Shown here: piece by piece, positions 48,510 to 60,777 of the stretch | Layout of the letters: each line of letters starts with the position of its first letter | How positions within the stretch are numbered: position 1 is the first letter of the stretch | Assembly (NCBI GenBank): GCA_035285865.1 | Contig: JAYKHS010000028.1 | Location: 151,938 to 215,937, forward strand | Direction of reading: 5' to 3' | Length of the DNA stretch: 64,000 nt | DNA from: Candidatus Sericytochromatia bacterium | GTDB lineage: Bacteria; Cyanobacteriota; Sericytochromatia; S15B-MN24; VGJW01 | The notes under the pieces: generated by a model | Told to the model about the DNA's origin: nothing | Databases searched by the model: none | Seen by the model: only the letters and a program-made list of their open reading frames with translations | Translations under genes and position numbers: made by a program

Positions 48510-50969
48510 TCAGTTCATCGAAGTGTATTGGACGGAGTTGGTGTTGCCACACCAGCCACCGATCTTATACACGTACCGGCCGCAGACGACCGTGGTGCCG
48601 CCGCCGCCGAAGTTGACGTTGGCATTGCCGTAATAGGGCCAGCAACCTCCGGCATTCTGCGGGGCGTTGCCATCAGCCGTGAGGGTCGAACGACGGACCT
48701 CGGTGCCACCGCACCAGGGACCGAGCATGTAGAGGTACTGTCCTGTGGCGAAGGCGCAAGCGCCGTAGTTGCCGCAGAATGCACCACCGCCGGTTTGGTT
48801 CCAGCCGCCATTGGGCGTACCGTCTGCGTTCAGGTTCAGGTACGACGTGTAGTTGTAGGTCAACCACCAGAGGCGGCCGCCCACATATAGCATCGGGGTT
48901 TCGGCGTTGCCCGTGTAGGGTCCGGTCTGCCAGCCGCCCGAGTACGTGTCGTTGGCCGGGTTGTAGGTCTTGTAGAAGAACGGCGTGCCGCAGTAGCCGG
49001 CCATGCCATACACGCCGCGGCCGCTGCCGACGGAGCTCAGTTCTGACGCGCACCAGTTGATGTCGTCCCGGCTGTTGCCGTTCCACTGGCCCCAGCCGGA
49101 GCCCTGGTTGCCCTCGATGTCGAAGGAAAGGTAGCCAGCAGCACTGCTGCCTTCGTCCTGGAAGATGTAAAACCGCTTGCCGACCCAGTTGTCGAAGGTG
49201 CCGGCCATGTCCTGCTGCCGCAGCGCCCAGCTGTAGTTGCCGGCGAACTGCAAGCCTGATGCAGGGCCGCCGTCGTTGTTCAGGTCGAAGTAGTAAACCG
49301 TGTTCTGTTCGGCCGGGATGATGTAGAACCGCTTGCCCGACCAGAAGCCGGCGTTCATGTTGCCGCCGCCGTGGCCGCCGGACACGTAGGCCCAGTTCGA
49401 GTTGTTCAGGTTGCCGTCGATGGTGGCCACCGTGGAGTCGGCCTGGGCACCCGACGCGATCTGGACGGATACGGCCGTGGCGTTGCTGGCACCGATTCCG
49501 GGTGGCACCACGACACGGATGGTGGTGTTGGTCCAGTACTGGATCATGGCTGCCTTGTTGCCGATCTTGACCGTTCCCAAGGCCGTACCGAACTTGTCCC
49601 CCTTGATCTGGACGTAGCCGTGCGAGCCTACCGACCGCGGGTAGATCTCGGAGATGGTGACCGAGTTGTCGATCATCGTGAGCGGGAAGGGGTCGGAAAG
49701 GCCATTGGGGTTGTATAGGTACACCGGTCCCGAAGTTGCGTCGGCCGGAACCTTGAGATACAAGGCGCGGGATCCGCTGATGGTCGTGTCGTAGGTCGAG
49801 ACCGACGCCGTGGCCAACTTGCCGCTGCTGAGCGGGAAGGCCTTGCCCGTCGTCTTGTCGAGCATCGTGAAGTAGACTTCGTTCTTCGAGATGTTGGCAC
49901 CGGTAAAGAATCCATAGCCTTCGACCTTGCAGTACTCGTCGAACTTGACGGGCAGGCCGGTGCCCAATGGGTACCGCACGATGTTGGTGATGTTGACGTT
50001 GATGCCGGGCGGAACCTGGAAGTCGGTCTCTGCTGCCTTGCCCATCGACTCGACGCGCAGCTTGCCCGAGGCGGCGGTGGACGGCACGAGCACCGTCAGC
50101 TCATTGGACTTGATGCTGACGGGCGTCTGCGGCGGTGCCGTGGAGCCGCCGAAGCGAACCACGGTTCCGCCCGGGTAGGACGCGAAGCCCGTGCCCTTGA
50201 TGGTGACGAGCGTGCCCGGGCCTCCCGAGGTGGGAGAGATGCCCGAGATCGTGACGGCGCCGGAGGTCGGGAGGTTGCCAATGGGTTCCATGCCAGCCAG
50301 CAAGTAGTTCTTGACGGCGGTCGCGATGTCCTGGATCTCGGCGGCGGCGATGGCGCCGACGCTGGCGGCATTCAGCTGCACGCTCGTCGACGTCACGGCA
50401 ACCTTGCCGATGACATCCGCGACGTTGATGCGGCCTTGGCCGACCAGAATGGCCAGGGCGGTGGTGAGTTGGTTGATGACGATGCCGCCACCCACGGTAC
50501 CGTTGCTGATGGACTTCCAACCGCCCGCGGTGGCATCCCACTGAACGATGGTGCGCATGCGCAGGATGGGCGAGCCGGGTGCCGAACTGACCGCCTTGGC
50601 GGCCTCAAGGTAGTAGTAGCGGCCGTCCGGAGGCGCCGAGCCGCCCTGGAAGGTCAGGGTGAAGCCGCCCGAGTTGTCCGACAGGCCCGAGCCGACGGGT
50701 TGATTGGTGGACAGATCGATCAACGAGATGGTGGCTTGGCTCGCGATCGACGCAAGCTGGGCATCCGTCAGTTGCTGGTTCTGGCTGGTGAGCTGGCCCG
50801 GGTCACGGACCGACCCGTACAAGACGTATCGCGCCGGATCCCAAGCGTTCGTGGCGGCAGGCTGGGTCGGATTGTCCGGCGCAACCCCGCCGACGCGCCC
50901 CGGCAGGGACGAACAGCCCACGGCCAACACGATGGCCGACGAAAGACCCCACCGCTTCCACGACTTCAT
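48510..50969 (-). CDS. Large lipoprotein: family A N-domain, ~3 IPT/TIG domains, C-terminal Cys/Trp-rich Kelch-like beta-propeller
   Basis: AAGG RBS, lipobox AVGC; ISPTSGGPGT-VTI-GTGF (IPT); six G-x-(F/Y)-Y blades. This is the 3' part of the listed 2121-aa ORF. Confidence 0.8.
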   Translation of the reverse strand: MKSWKRWGLSSAIVLAVGCSSLPGRVGGVAPDNPTQPAATNAWDPARYVLYGSVRDPGQLTSQNQQLTDAQLASIASQATISLIDLSTNQPVGSGLSDNSGGFTLTFQGGSAPPDGRYYYLEAAKAVSSAPGSPILRMRTIVQWDATAGGWKSISNGTVGGGIVINQLTTALAILVGQGRINVADVIGKVAVTSTSVQLNAASVGAIAAAEIQDIATAVKNYLLAGMEPIGNLPTSGAVTISGISPTSGGPGTLVTIKGTGFASYPGGTVVRFGGSTAPPQTPVSIKSNELTVLVPSTAASGKLRVESMGKAAETDFQVPPGINVNITNIVRYPLGTGLPVKFDEYCKVEGYGFFTGANISKNEVYFTMLDKTTGKAFPLSSGKLATASVSTYDTTISGSRALYLKVPADATSGPVYLYNPNGLSDPFPLTMIDNSVTISEIYPRSVGSHGYVQIKGDKFGTALGTVKIGNKAAMIQYWTNTTIRVVVPPGIGASNATAVSVQIASGAQADSTVATIDGNLNNSNWAYVSGGHGGGNMNAGFWSGKRFYIIPAEQNTVYYFDLNNDGGPASGLQFAGNYSWALRQQDMAGTFDNWVGKRFYIFQDEGSSAAGYLSFDIEGNQGSGWGQWNGNSRDDINWCASELSSVGSGRGVYGMAGYCGTPFFYKTYNPANDTYSGGWQTGPYTGNAETPMLYVGGRLWWLTYNYTSYLNLNADGTPNGGWNQTGGGAFCGNYGACAFATGQYLYMLGPWCGGTEVRRSTLTADGNAPQNAGGCWPYYGNANVNFGGGGTTVVCGRYVYKIGGWCGNTNSVQYTSMN

Positions 50970-51095
50970 GGGGATTCCCTTTCCTTGAGGTTGGATCCTG
51001 AACCGGACAGGTTGCCTACCATGGGGTACGGTACCCGCCTGGTTCGGTCCTGTAACGGTTTCGGAGAGCTTGTCGTCGGCCGCGCTCGCCCGGTC

Positions 51096-51124
51096 TTGAC
51101 CCCCTGTCCGGGGCGGCCTACAAT
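51096..51124 (+). promoter_or_regulatory. sigma70-type promoter of rpoC
   Basis: TTGACC-17 bp-TACAAT. Confidence 0.7.
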
Positions 51125-51266
51125 GATTGGCCCTGGGTTTGTGCCCGGTGGTTTTGGGGTTGGGGTCGCTTGCGCGCCCCGATTCCCGATTTTTGAGAGA
51201 CGATTCGGGTGGGCGGGTGCCCCTTGTCTGGGGATCCTGCGCCCGTGAAGCCAGTAAGGAGCGCGG

Positions 51267-54200
51267 ATGAGTTCCCGGTTTGACTACATCAAGGTCGGTA
51301 TCGCCTCCCCCGAGCGGATCCTCAGTTGGTCCCGGGGTGAAGTCACCAAGCCGGAGACCATCAACTACCGCACGCTGAAGCCTGAGAAGGACGGTCTCTT
51401 CTGCGAGAAGATCTTTGGCCCCGCGAAGGATTGGGAGTGTCACTGCGGCAAATACAAGCGTGTCCGCCACAAGGGCATCATCTGCGAGCGGTGCGGTGTC
51501 GAGGTCACGGACTCCAAGGTCCGTCGCTATCGTATGGGTCACATCCAGCTCGCGGCCCCCGTGGTGCATATCTGGTACCTGAAGGGCATCCCGTCCTATC
51601 TGTCCCAGCTTCTCGACATTCCCCTGAAGAACCTCGAGAACGTCGTCTACTTCAACGAGTACATCGTCCTGGATCCCGGCACCGGAGCCATCGATGGCAA
51701 GGCCCTCGAGTATGGTCAGACCATCAACGAAGATCAGTACGAAGAGTTCGAGTCCAAGGAGGCTGTCTTCACGGCCAAGATGGGCGCCGAGGCCATCAAG
51801 GAGTTGCTGGACCGTCTGGATCTCCCGGCGGAGCGTGAGAAGCTTCAGGTCGATGCGGAGTCGACCAGCGAGACCAAGCGCCTGAAGGCCATCAAGCGCC
51901 TCCGGGTCGTGGATGCGTTCCTGTCGGCCGGCGCCCGTCCGGCGTGGATGGTCCTGGATGTCATTCCTGTCATTCCGCCCGACCTGCGTCCGATGGTCCA
52001 GCTTGACGGTGGCCGTTTCGCCACGTCCGACCTGAATGACCTCTACCGCCGCGTCATTAACCGAAATAATCGTCTGCGTCGTCTCAAGGACATGGGTGCG
52101 CCGGACATCATCGTCCGCAACGAGAAGCGCATGCTCCAGGAGGCGGTCGACGCCCTGATCGACAACGGTCGTCGTGGCCGCGCCGTCGTGGGCCCTAGCC
52201 AGCGTGCGCTCAAGAGTCTTTCGGACATCATCGAGGGCAAGCAGGGCCGTTTCCGCCAGAACCTGCTGGGCAAGCGCGTCGATTACTCGGGCCGCTCCGT
52301 CATCGTCGTCGGGCCGAACCTGAAGCTGCACCAGTGCGGCTTGCCCAAGGAGATGGCGCTCGAGCTCTTCAAGCCCTTCGTCATGAACAAGCTCGTCGAG
52401 CGAGGCATCGTCCAGAACATCAAGTCTGCCAAGAAGAAGATCGAGCGTGGCGAGACCATCGTCTGGGACATCCTCGAAGAGGTGATCCGCAGTCACCCCG
52501 TGTTGTTGAACCGCGCCCCGACCCTGCATCGTCTGGGTATCCAGGCTTTCGAGCCCCTGCTGGTCGAGGGCCGCGCCATCCAGATTCATCCCTTGGTCTG
52601 CACGGCGTTCAATGCCGACTTCGACGGTGACCAGATGGCCGTCCATGTGCCCTTGTCGGTCGAGGCCCAGACCGAGGCGCGCCTGCTGATGCTCGCCTCG
52701 AACAACGTCCTCTCCCCTGCGACGGGCAAGCCCATCATCACGCCGACCCAGGACATGGTTCTCGGTTGCTTCTATCTGACGGTTGACAATCCCACTGCCG
52801 ATCGCGGACGCGGCCTGCGGTTCAAGAACTTCTCCGACGTGCTTTCGGCTTATGCCGAGGGCCGGGACAAGAGCGATGCCCACGCCGTCCTCGACCTGCA
52901 TGCCAAGGTCGTCGTGCGTTTCGAGGGTGCTCGTGAGGAGGACCTCACGGATGCGGATGAAGTGGCCGCTACCGTTTACACCGAGCCTGAAGCCCGTGCG
53001 TGGCTCGCCAAGGGCCTGCGCGAAGGACGCGTGATGGTCACGACTGCGGGGCGCATCATCCTGAATGAGGTGCTTCCGGAGGAGTTCCCCTTCCTGAACA
53101 AGGTCATCGACAAGAAGGGCCTCGAGCGGATTATCCAGCGGGCTTTCTCGCAGGAGGGGCTCGGCTCCGCCCGCGCCGCACATCTGGCCAACGAACTCAA
53201 GGGTCTCGGCTTCAAGTACGCGACCCGGGCGGGCGTCTCCATCGCCATTGACGATCTCATGATTCCCAAGGCCAAGAAGGAGATGCTCGAGGCGGCTGAG
53301 AAGGACATCGAGAACGCGCAACGCGACTACCTGGACGGTCGCATCACCGAGGTCGAGCGCTACACCAAGGTCATCGATACCTGGGCCCGTGTCACCGAGC
53401 AGCTCAAGGGCAAGGTCAAGGAAGAGTACGACCGCCTCAACTCGGTCTACATGATGGCGTTCTCGGGCGCTCGAGGGAACATCACCCAGGTCAGCCAGCT
53501 GGTCTGCATGCGCGGACTGATGGCGGATCCCTCGGGTCGCATCATCGACTTGCCCATCAAGTCGAACTTCCGTGAAGGCCTGAACCAGACCGAATACATC
53601 ATCTCCTCGTACGGAGCCCGAAAGGGACTGGTCGACACGGCACTGCGCACGGCCGACTCCGGTTACCTCACCCGCCGTCTCGCGGACGTGGCTCAGGACG
53701 TCATCGTTCGGGACGAGGACTGTGGGACGACCCGCGGTCTCGACCTGCGGGCCATCGTCGAGGGCGAGCGCGTGATCGTGCCGCTCGCCGATCGTGTGGT
53801 GGGCCGTGTCGTGGCATCCGACGCACTGGATGCCGAGGGACGCGTGGTCTTCCCGCGCGGTCACCTCCTCGGTTTCGAGGATGCGGATCGGGTTGCTGCC
53901 GAAGCTTTCACCAGCATCCAGATCCGGTCCCCGCTGACCTGCGAGAGCCCTCGGGGCGTCTGCCGTCACTGCTATGGTTGGTCTTTGACGAACCATCAGT
54001 TGGTGGACATCGGCGAGGCCGTGGGCATCATCGCGGCGCAGTCCATCGGTGAACCCGGCACCCAGCTCACGATGCGTACGTTCCATACCGGTGGCGTCTT
54101 CACGGCCGAAGCCACGACGCTTGTCGAGCGGGCGGCCAAGGCCGGCAAGGTGCGCATCGCCGAGCCCTTCGCCACGCGTGAGTTCCGCACGAGGCACGGC

Positions 54201-56930
54201 AAGAGGGTGGACGTGACGGAGCGCGAGGGCCTGATCGAGATCGTCCAGGGCAACAAGGTGCTGGACAAGGTCACGGTGGGTGTGAATTTCGTCATCGACG
54301 TGAAGGATGGCGATGTCGTCGCTGCCGGCGCGCAGTTGGCGCATTCCGACCTCGAGATGCGCGGTGCTTCCCGCAAGTCGATGGAGCAGGCCACCAAGGA
54401 GATTGCGGCCGACGTGGCCGGTATTCTCTGCTTCGAGAACTTTGCCGTCGAGGAAAAGACGGATCGTCAGGGCAATACGACCCGGACGGCCGTGCCGCTG
54501 CCCGGAAAGTCGGGCGAGGCCACGGTCTGGGTCGTCCAGGGCGATGTCTTCTCGCTGCCTACCGGAGCCCACGTCAAGGTCTCCAAGGGCCAGGCCGTCA
54601 AGAAGGACGATGTCATTGCCGAGACCGTGCAGGTCAGCCAGTTGGGCGGTTCGCTCCGTCTCGGTGCCGACATCGAGCTCGAGAAATCTAAGGCAGGCAC
54701 CGTGATCCGCAAGGGTCGCGATGTCTCGGTCATCACGGCTTCTCTGGTCTGCGAGGGGGCAACCTCGGCCGAGGGCACCAAGCTGCGGATTGATGACGAG
54801 GCGGGCCAGCGGATCTTCTCGCTCAAGTGCGGGGATGGTTCGCGTGTGGAGTCCGACCAGGTCATCGCCGAGCACGTCGATGATGAGAACCTCGTCCAGT
54901 CTGCCGGTGAGATTCGGTACGACGGCGAGCCCGTGTTCCTGGACAAGGACCGGCGCACGATCGGCAAGCAGGTTAAGCTGCTCTTCATTCCCGAGGAGCG
55001 CATGACCGTCAACAAGGACATCACGTTGCTCGTCGACGGCATTCGTAACGGCTGCGAGGTCTCTGCCGGGACCGAGGTCGTACGGGATGTCGAAGTCAAG
55101 ACCAACGGTGTGCTCGAGGTGGTCGAGGACAACAACATCATCAAGGAGGTCTATGTCTTCCCGGGTGATCGTTACGAGCTTCCTGCTGGCGTCGAGATTC
55201 TCGTCGAGGATGGCCAGCGGATCGCTACCGGCACGAACCTCGCCGATGGGGTCGTGGCGCGTCAGGGCGGGGTCGTTCGTCGCATCCAGCTGACGGATGG
55301 CGAGGAAGAGACCGGCACAGTGGTGGTCGTTCGCAAGACCGTCGAGCGGGTCGTCAAGGCGGCTCAGCGAGGCATCCCCTTCGCGCCGTCCAGCGAGGAC
55401 ATCAGTCTCAAGTACGAGACTCGTCTCCAGGTCAAGGATGGCGAGCGGGTCAAGGCTGGCGCCGCCCTCGCCAAGACCGAGGTCGCGCTTCGCCTGACCG
55501 GTACGCTGGCGCGTCTGACGGGTCGCGTCGAGATGCCCGAGGCCCCACAGGGAGAGGATGGCGAGGTCGCAGCGGAGCGCGTGCTCTCCATCACGATTCT
55601 CGAGACCCTCACGCTACGTCGGGATCATCCCTCGGTGGCCCTTCGTGCGGGTCACGTGGATCAGGAGGTCGTGACTTACCTGATGCTGGAGGAAGGCTCT
55701 CGTGTGGAACCGGGCCAGGTCGTTGTCCGCTCCGAGATTCGGTCGCACGCCGCCGGCATCGTGGAAGAGCCCCGGCGTCCCGATGATGCTCATGCTTTCA
55801 TCTCTCGCCTTGCCCTGATCACGACCGAACAGGAAATCTCCCAGACGGTTTCCCGCGCGGATGCTGCCGTCGCTGACGGTCAGTACGTCATCGAGGGCAC
55901 GGATCTCGGGGGCGGGGTCGAGGCCACGGTGACGGGCCGAGTTCGTTTCGATGGGGATCGGGTCGTCGTCCGCAAGGGCCGCCCTTATCTCATCTCGCAG
56001 GGTACCCAGCTGCTGGCCAACGACGGCGACATGGTGATGATGGGCGAGCCGCTCGCCATGCTCATCTACAACCGCCAGAAGACCGGTGACATCATCCAGG
56101 GTCTGCCGCGCGTCGAGGAGCTTCTCGAGGCGCGCAAACCCAAGGACAACGCCTTGCTTGCACCGCATGCCGGTGTCATCGAGCTCGACAAGGACCCGGA
56201 GGAAGCGGCCGAGGTTCGCATCGTTGCCGATCGGCCGCTGGTCGAAGGCGAGCCGATGGAAGAAGTGCCCCAGCCCAAGTCCCGGAGCAAGGACAAGTCG
56301 GCTCAGGGCATCACGACCCTCAAAGTCCCGGCTTCGGTCCGCCTGATCGTGGCAAGGGGCGAGCGGGTGGAGCGTGGTCAGCCCCTTACGGACGGTCCGG
56401 TCAGCCCGAAGGACGTCCTGTCCGCGACGGGCTCGGTCGAGGAGACGCAGCGCTTCCTCGTCGACGAAGTCCAGATGGTGTACCGCTCGCAGGGCGTCGA
56501 GATTGCCGACAAGCATCTCGAGGTCATCGTCAGGCAGATGACGCGGAAGGTGAAGGTCGACGAGACTCAGGCTTCCAAGTTGCTGCCCGGTGAGATGGTG
56601 GATTCGCTTGACGCCGAGCGCATCAATCACGAACTCGTCTCCGAGGGCAAGACGCCTGCCAAGCTTAGCCCCGAGCTTCTGGGCATCACCAAGGCCTCGC
56701 TCAACACGGATTCGTTCGTGTCGGCAGCCTCGTTCCAGGAGACGACTCGAGTCCTGACCGAGGCAGCGATTGCTGGCAAGAAGGACTTCCTCCACGGCCT
56801 CAAGGAGAACGTGGTCATCGGCCGTCTGATCCCGGCTGGCACGGGTTACTTCGACCCGGGCGAGGAGCCTGAACCGGTTGGTGCCGAAGCGGCGATCATC
56901 GGGGGAATGCCCGTGGAGCTTCGCCTCTAG
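51267..56930 (+). CDS. rpoC: RNA polymerase beta' subunit, unsplit, with large SI3 insertion
   Basis: Zn ribbon [27 protein letters not shown] and [10 protein letters not shown]. Confidence 0.99.
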   Translation: MSSRFDYIKVGIASPERILSWSRGEVTKPETINYRTLKPEKDGLFCEKIFGPAKDWECHCGKYKRVRHKGIICERCGVEVTDSKVRRYRMGHIQLAAPVVHIWYLKGIPSYLSQLLDIPLKNLENVVYFNEYIVLDPGTGAIDGKALEYGQTINEDQYEEFESKEAVFTAKMGAEAIKELLDRLDLPAEREKLQVDAESTSETKRLKAIKRLRVVDAFLSAGARPAWMVLDVIPVIPPDLRPMVQLDGGRFATSDLNDLYRRVINRNNRLRRLKDMGAPDIIVRNEKRMLQEAVDALIDNGRRGRAVVGPSQRALKSLSDIIEGKQGRFRQNLLGKRVDYSGRSVIVVGPNLKLHQCGLPKEMALELFKPFVMNKLVERGIVQNIKSAKKKIERGETIVWDILEEVIRSHPVLLNRAPTLHRLGIQAFEPLLVEGRAIQIHPLVCTAFNADFDGDQMAVHVPLSVEAQTEARLLMLASNNVLSPATGKPIITPTQDMVLGCFYLTVDNPTADRGRGLRFKNFSDVLSAYAEGRDKSDAHAVLDLHAKVVVRFEGAREEDLTDADEVAATVYTEPEARAWLAKGLREGRVMVTTAGRIILNEVLPEEFPFLNKVIDKKGLERIIQRAFSQEGLGSARAAHLANELKGLGFKYATRAGVSIAIDDLMIPKAKKEMLEAAEKDIENAQRDYLDGRITEVERYTKVIDTWARVTEQLKGKVKEEYDRLNSVYMMAFSGARGNITQVSQLVCMRGLMADPSGRIIDLPIKSNFREGLNQTEYIISSYGARKGLVDTALRTADSGYLTRRLADVAQDVIVRDEDCGTTRGLDLRAIVEGERVIVPLADRVVGRVVASDALDAEGRVVFPRGHLLGFEDADRVAAEAFTSIQIRSPLTCESPRGVCRHCYGWSLTNHQLVDIGEAVGIIAAQSIGEPGTQLTMRTFHTGGVFTAEATTLVERAAKAGKVRIAEPFATREFRTRHGKRVDVTEREGLIEIVQGNKVLDKVTVGVNFVIDVKDGDVVAAGAQLAHSDLEMRGASRKSMEQATKEIAADVAGILCFENFAVEEKTDRQGNTTRTAVPLPGKSGEATVWVVQGDVFSLPTGAHVKVSKGQAVKKDDVIAETVQVSQLGGSLRLGADIELEKSKAGTVIRKGRDVSVITASLVCEGATSAEGTKLRIDDEAGQRIFSLKCGDGSRVESDQVIAEHVDDENLVQSAGEIRYDGEPVFLDKDRRTIGKQVKLLFIPEERMTVNKDITLLVDGIRNGCEVSAGTEVVRDVEVKTNGVLEVVEDNNIIKEVYVFPGDRYELPAGVEILVEDGQRIATGTNLADGVVARQGGVVRRIQLTDGEEETGTVVVVRKTVERVVKAAQRGIPFAPSSEDISLKYETRLQVKDGERVKAGAALAKTEVALRLTGTLARLTGRVEMPEAPQGEDGEVAAERVLSITILETLTLRRDHPSVALRAGHVDQEVVTYLMLEEGSRVEPGQVVVRSEIRSHAAGIVEEPRRPDDAHAFISRLALITTEQEISQTVSRADAAVADGQYVIEGTDLGGGVEATVTGRVRFDGDRVVVRKGRPYLISQGTQLLANDGDMVMMGEPLAMLIYNRQKTGDIIQGLPRVEELLEARKPKDNALLAPHAGVIELDKDPEEAAEVRIVADRPLVEGEPMEEVPQPKSRSKDKSAQGITTLKVPASVRLIVARGERVERGQPLTDGPVSPKDVLSATGSVEETQRFLVDEVQMVYRSQGVEIADKHLEVIVRQMTRKVKVDETQASKLLPGEMVDSLDAERINHELVSEGKTPAKLSPELLGITKASLNTDSFVSAASFQETTRVLTEAAIAGKKDFLHGLKENVVIGRLIPAGTGYFDPGEEPEPVGAEAAIIGGMPVELRL

Positions 56931-56940
56931 GCGCCTGGTA

Positions 56941-56990
56941 AGGCAAGGGCCGTCCGCACCTCGGAAGCGAGTGCGGGCGGCCTTTGTCTT
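56941..56990 (+). terminator. Terminator after rpoC
   Basis: AGGGCCGTCCGCAC/GTGCGGGCGGCCTTT stem followed by GTCTT. Confidence 0.65.
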
Positions 56991-57018
56991 GACGCTTCTC
57001 CGGCCGCTGGCCTATACT
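56989..57018 (+). promoter_or_regulatory. sigma70-type promoter of the str operon
   Basis: TTGACG-18 bp-TATACT. Confidence 0.7.
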
Positions 57019-57074
57019 GGTTAGCCATTGCTTTATAAGCTTTTTCGCCTGTTGCCACCTTCCAGGAGGAGTTT

Positions 57075-57473
57075 GTGCCCACCATCAGTCAGCTTGTCCG
57101 CCGTGAGCGGGAGCGGGTTGTCTACAAGACCAAGTCACCTGCCCTGCTCAAGTGCCCCCAGCGTCGGGGTGTCTGTACGCGTGTCTACACGACCACGCCC
57201 AAGAAGCCCAATTCGGCGTTGCGGAAGGTCGCTCGTGTGAAGCTGACCAACCAGATCGAGGTCACGAGCTACATTCCCGGTGAGGGGCATAATCTTCAGG
57301 AGCACTCGGTGGTCCTGATTCGTGGTGGTCGAGTCAAGGATCTGCCTGGTGTCCGTTATCACATCGTGCGTGGCACGCTGGACACGGCCGGCGTGAAGGA
57401 CCGCATGCAGGGTCGCAGCAAGTATGGGGCCAAGCGTCCCAAGGCTGGCGCTGCTGCGGCCAAGAAGAAGTAG
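57075..57473 (+). CDS. rpsL: 30S ribosomal protein S12
   Basis: [10 protein letters not shown] and [12 protein letters not shown]. Confidence 0.99.
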   Translation: MPTISQLVRRERERVVYKTKSPALLKCPQRRGVCTRVYTTTPKKPNSALRKVARVKLTNQIEVTSYIPGEGHNLQEHSVVLIRGGRVKDLPGVRYHIVRGTLDTAGVKDRMQGRSKYGAKRPKAGAAAAKKK

Positions 57474-57509
57474 TTTTCCAGAATCGTTTTTTGAAAAGAG
57501 GTTTTTGCG

Positions 57510-57980
57510 ATGCCGCGTCGTGGTCATCTCGTCAAGCGTGCGCCCGAGCCGGATCCCCGGCTGGGTAGCGCCCAGGTTACGCGTTTCATCAACTGCCTGA
57601 TGTACAGCGGCAAGAAGTCGCTGGCCGAGCGCATCTTCTATGGTGCCGTCGACAAGGTGGCGGAGAAGGTCGGCAAGGAGCCGCTCGAGGTTTTCCAGCG
57701 CGCGATGCGCAACGCCACGCCGATGGTCGAGGTCAAGCCTCGCCGCGTGGGTGGCGCGACGTACCAGGTGCCTGTCGAGGTCAAGCCCGATCGGGGTGCG
57801 GCGCTCGCTACCCGCTGGATCATTGCCAATGCGCGCAAGCGGGCGGGCAAGCCGATGGTCGAGAAGCTTTCCATCGAATTGCTCGAGAGTTTCAATAACA
57901 CCGGCCCGAGCGTGAAGAAGAAGGAAGACACCCACAAGATGGCCGAGGCGAACACGGCCTTCGCCCATTACCGCTGGTAA
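57510..57980 (+). CDS. rpsG: 30S ribosomal protein S7
   Basis: [11 protein letters not shown] and AFAHYRW. Confidence 0.99.
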   Translation: MPRRGHLVKRAPEPDPRLGSAQVTRFINCLMYSGKKSLAERIFYGAVDKVAEKVGKEPLEVFQRAMRNATPMVEVKPRRVGGATYQVPVEVKPDRGAALATRWIIANARKRAGKPMVEKLSIELLESFNNTGPSVKKKEDTHKMAEANTAFAHYRW

Positions 57981-57998
57981 CCGGAGGAATCTCGTTCA

Positions 57999-60083
<2,085 letters not shown>

Positions 60084-60094
60084 TTCGCAAGTCT

Positions 60095-60137
60095 GCGGCC
60101 CCCCGTTCCTACAGAGGAATGGGGGGCCGTTCCTGTC
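60095..60137 (+). terminator. Strong hairpin after fusA
   Basis: GCGGCCCCCCGTTCCT-ACAG-AGGAATGGGGGGCCGT with a weak T tail. Confidence 0.6.
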
Positions 60138-60251
60138 GGAGGCGTGCGTTCTCCGGCGGTTGTGTGTTACACTGGTGATCCTGATTCTGTACGGAGTATT
60201 TTTCTCCGGCGTGTCCCAAGTTTCCCTGGTTCCTGCTCAAGAGTTACTCAG

Positions 60252-60557
60252 ATGTCCGACAAGATTCGCATTCGCCTCAAGGCCTACGATCATCAGCTGA
60301 TCGATCAGTCCACGGCCAAGATCGTCGACGTGGCCCGTCGTACGGGGGCCAAGGTCGTTGGGCCTATTCCCCTGCCGACGCAGCGGACGGTCTACTGCGT
60401 CAACCGGAGTCCTCACGTGGACAAGAAGTCGCGCGAGCACTTCGAGGTCCGGGTTCACAAGCGTCTGATCGACGTGGCCGACTTCCATGCCAAGACCATC
60501 GAGCAGTTGCAGCGCTTGGACTTGCCGGCTGGCGTGGATATCGAAGTCAAGCTTTAA
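60252..60557 (+). CDS. rpsJ: 30S ribosomal protein S10
   Basis: [17 protein letters not shown] and [13 protein letters not shown]. Confidence 0.99.
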   Translation: MSDKIRIRLKAYDHQLIDQSTAKIVDVARRTGAKVVGPIPLPTQRTVYCVNRSPHVDKKSREHFEVRVHKRLIDVADFHAKTIEQLQRLDLPAGVDIEVKL

Positions 60558-60777
60558 GGCGTGGTGTGCGCCTGCTCGTTTCGGAGTGGGTGCCCGGGCG
60601 AGTGCGGACGTCCGGGGTTCGGTTCCCGCAACAGTATGACTTTCCTTATTCCGTTTTTGGATAGGGTTCCCGTGAGGGGGTCGAGGCCAAGCCTCGTGGT
60701 CCTCTGGGTCCGTGGACGCAACCCTCGTCCGATGGGCTCAAGACCGCAGCACCCCCGAACAAGAAGGAGTAGCGCCT

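Noticed and set aside
39174..51266. Prophage or integrative element as the explanation for the rpoB-rpoC insert
   Set aside because: No integrase, transposase, phage structural genes or att-like direct repeats were recognised.
48510..54875. 2121-aa minus-strand ORF overlapping rpoC
   Set aside because: Only 48510-50969 is a plausible gene (RBS, signal peptide, lipobox). The upstream part is an antisense shadow of GC-biased rpoC codons.
54090..56090. Intein in RpoC
   Set aside because: No C/S...HN-C/S/T splice junctions or LAGLIDADG motifs; the position and repeats match the SI3 insertion.
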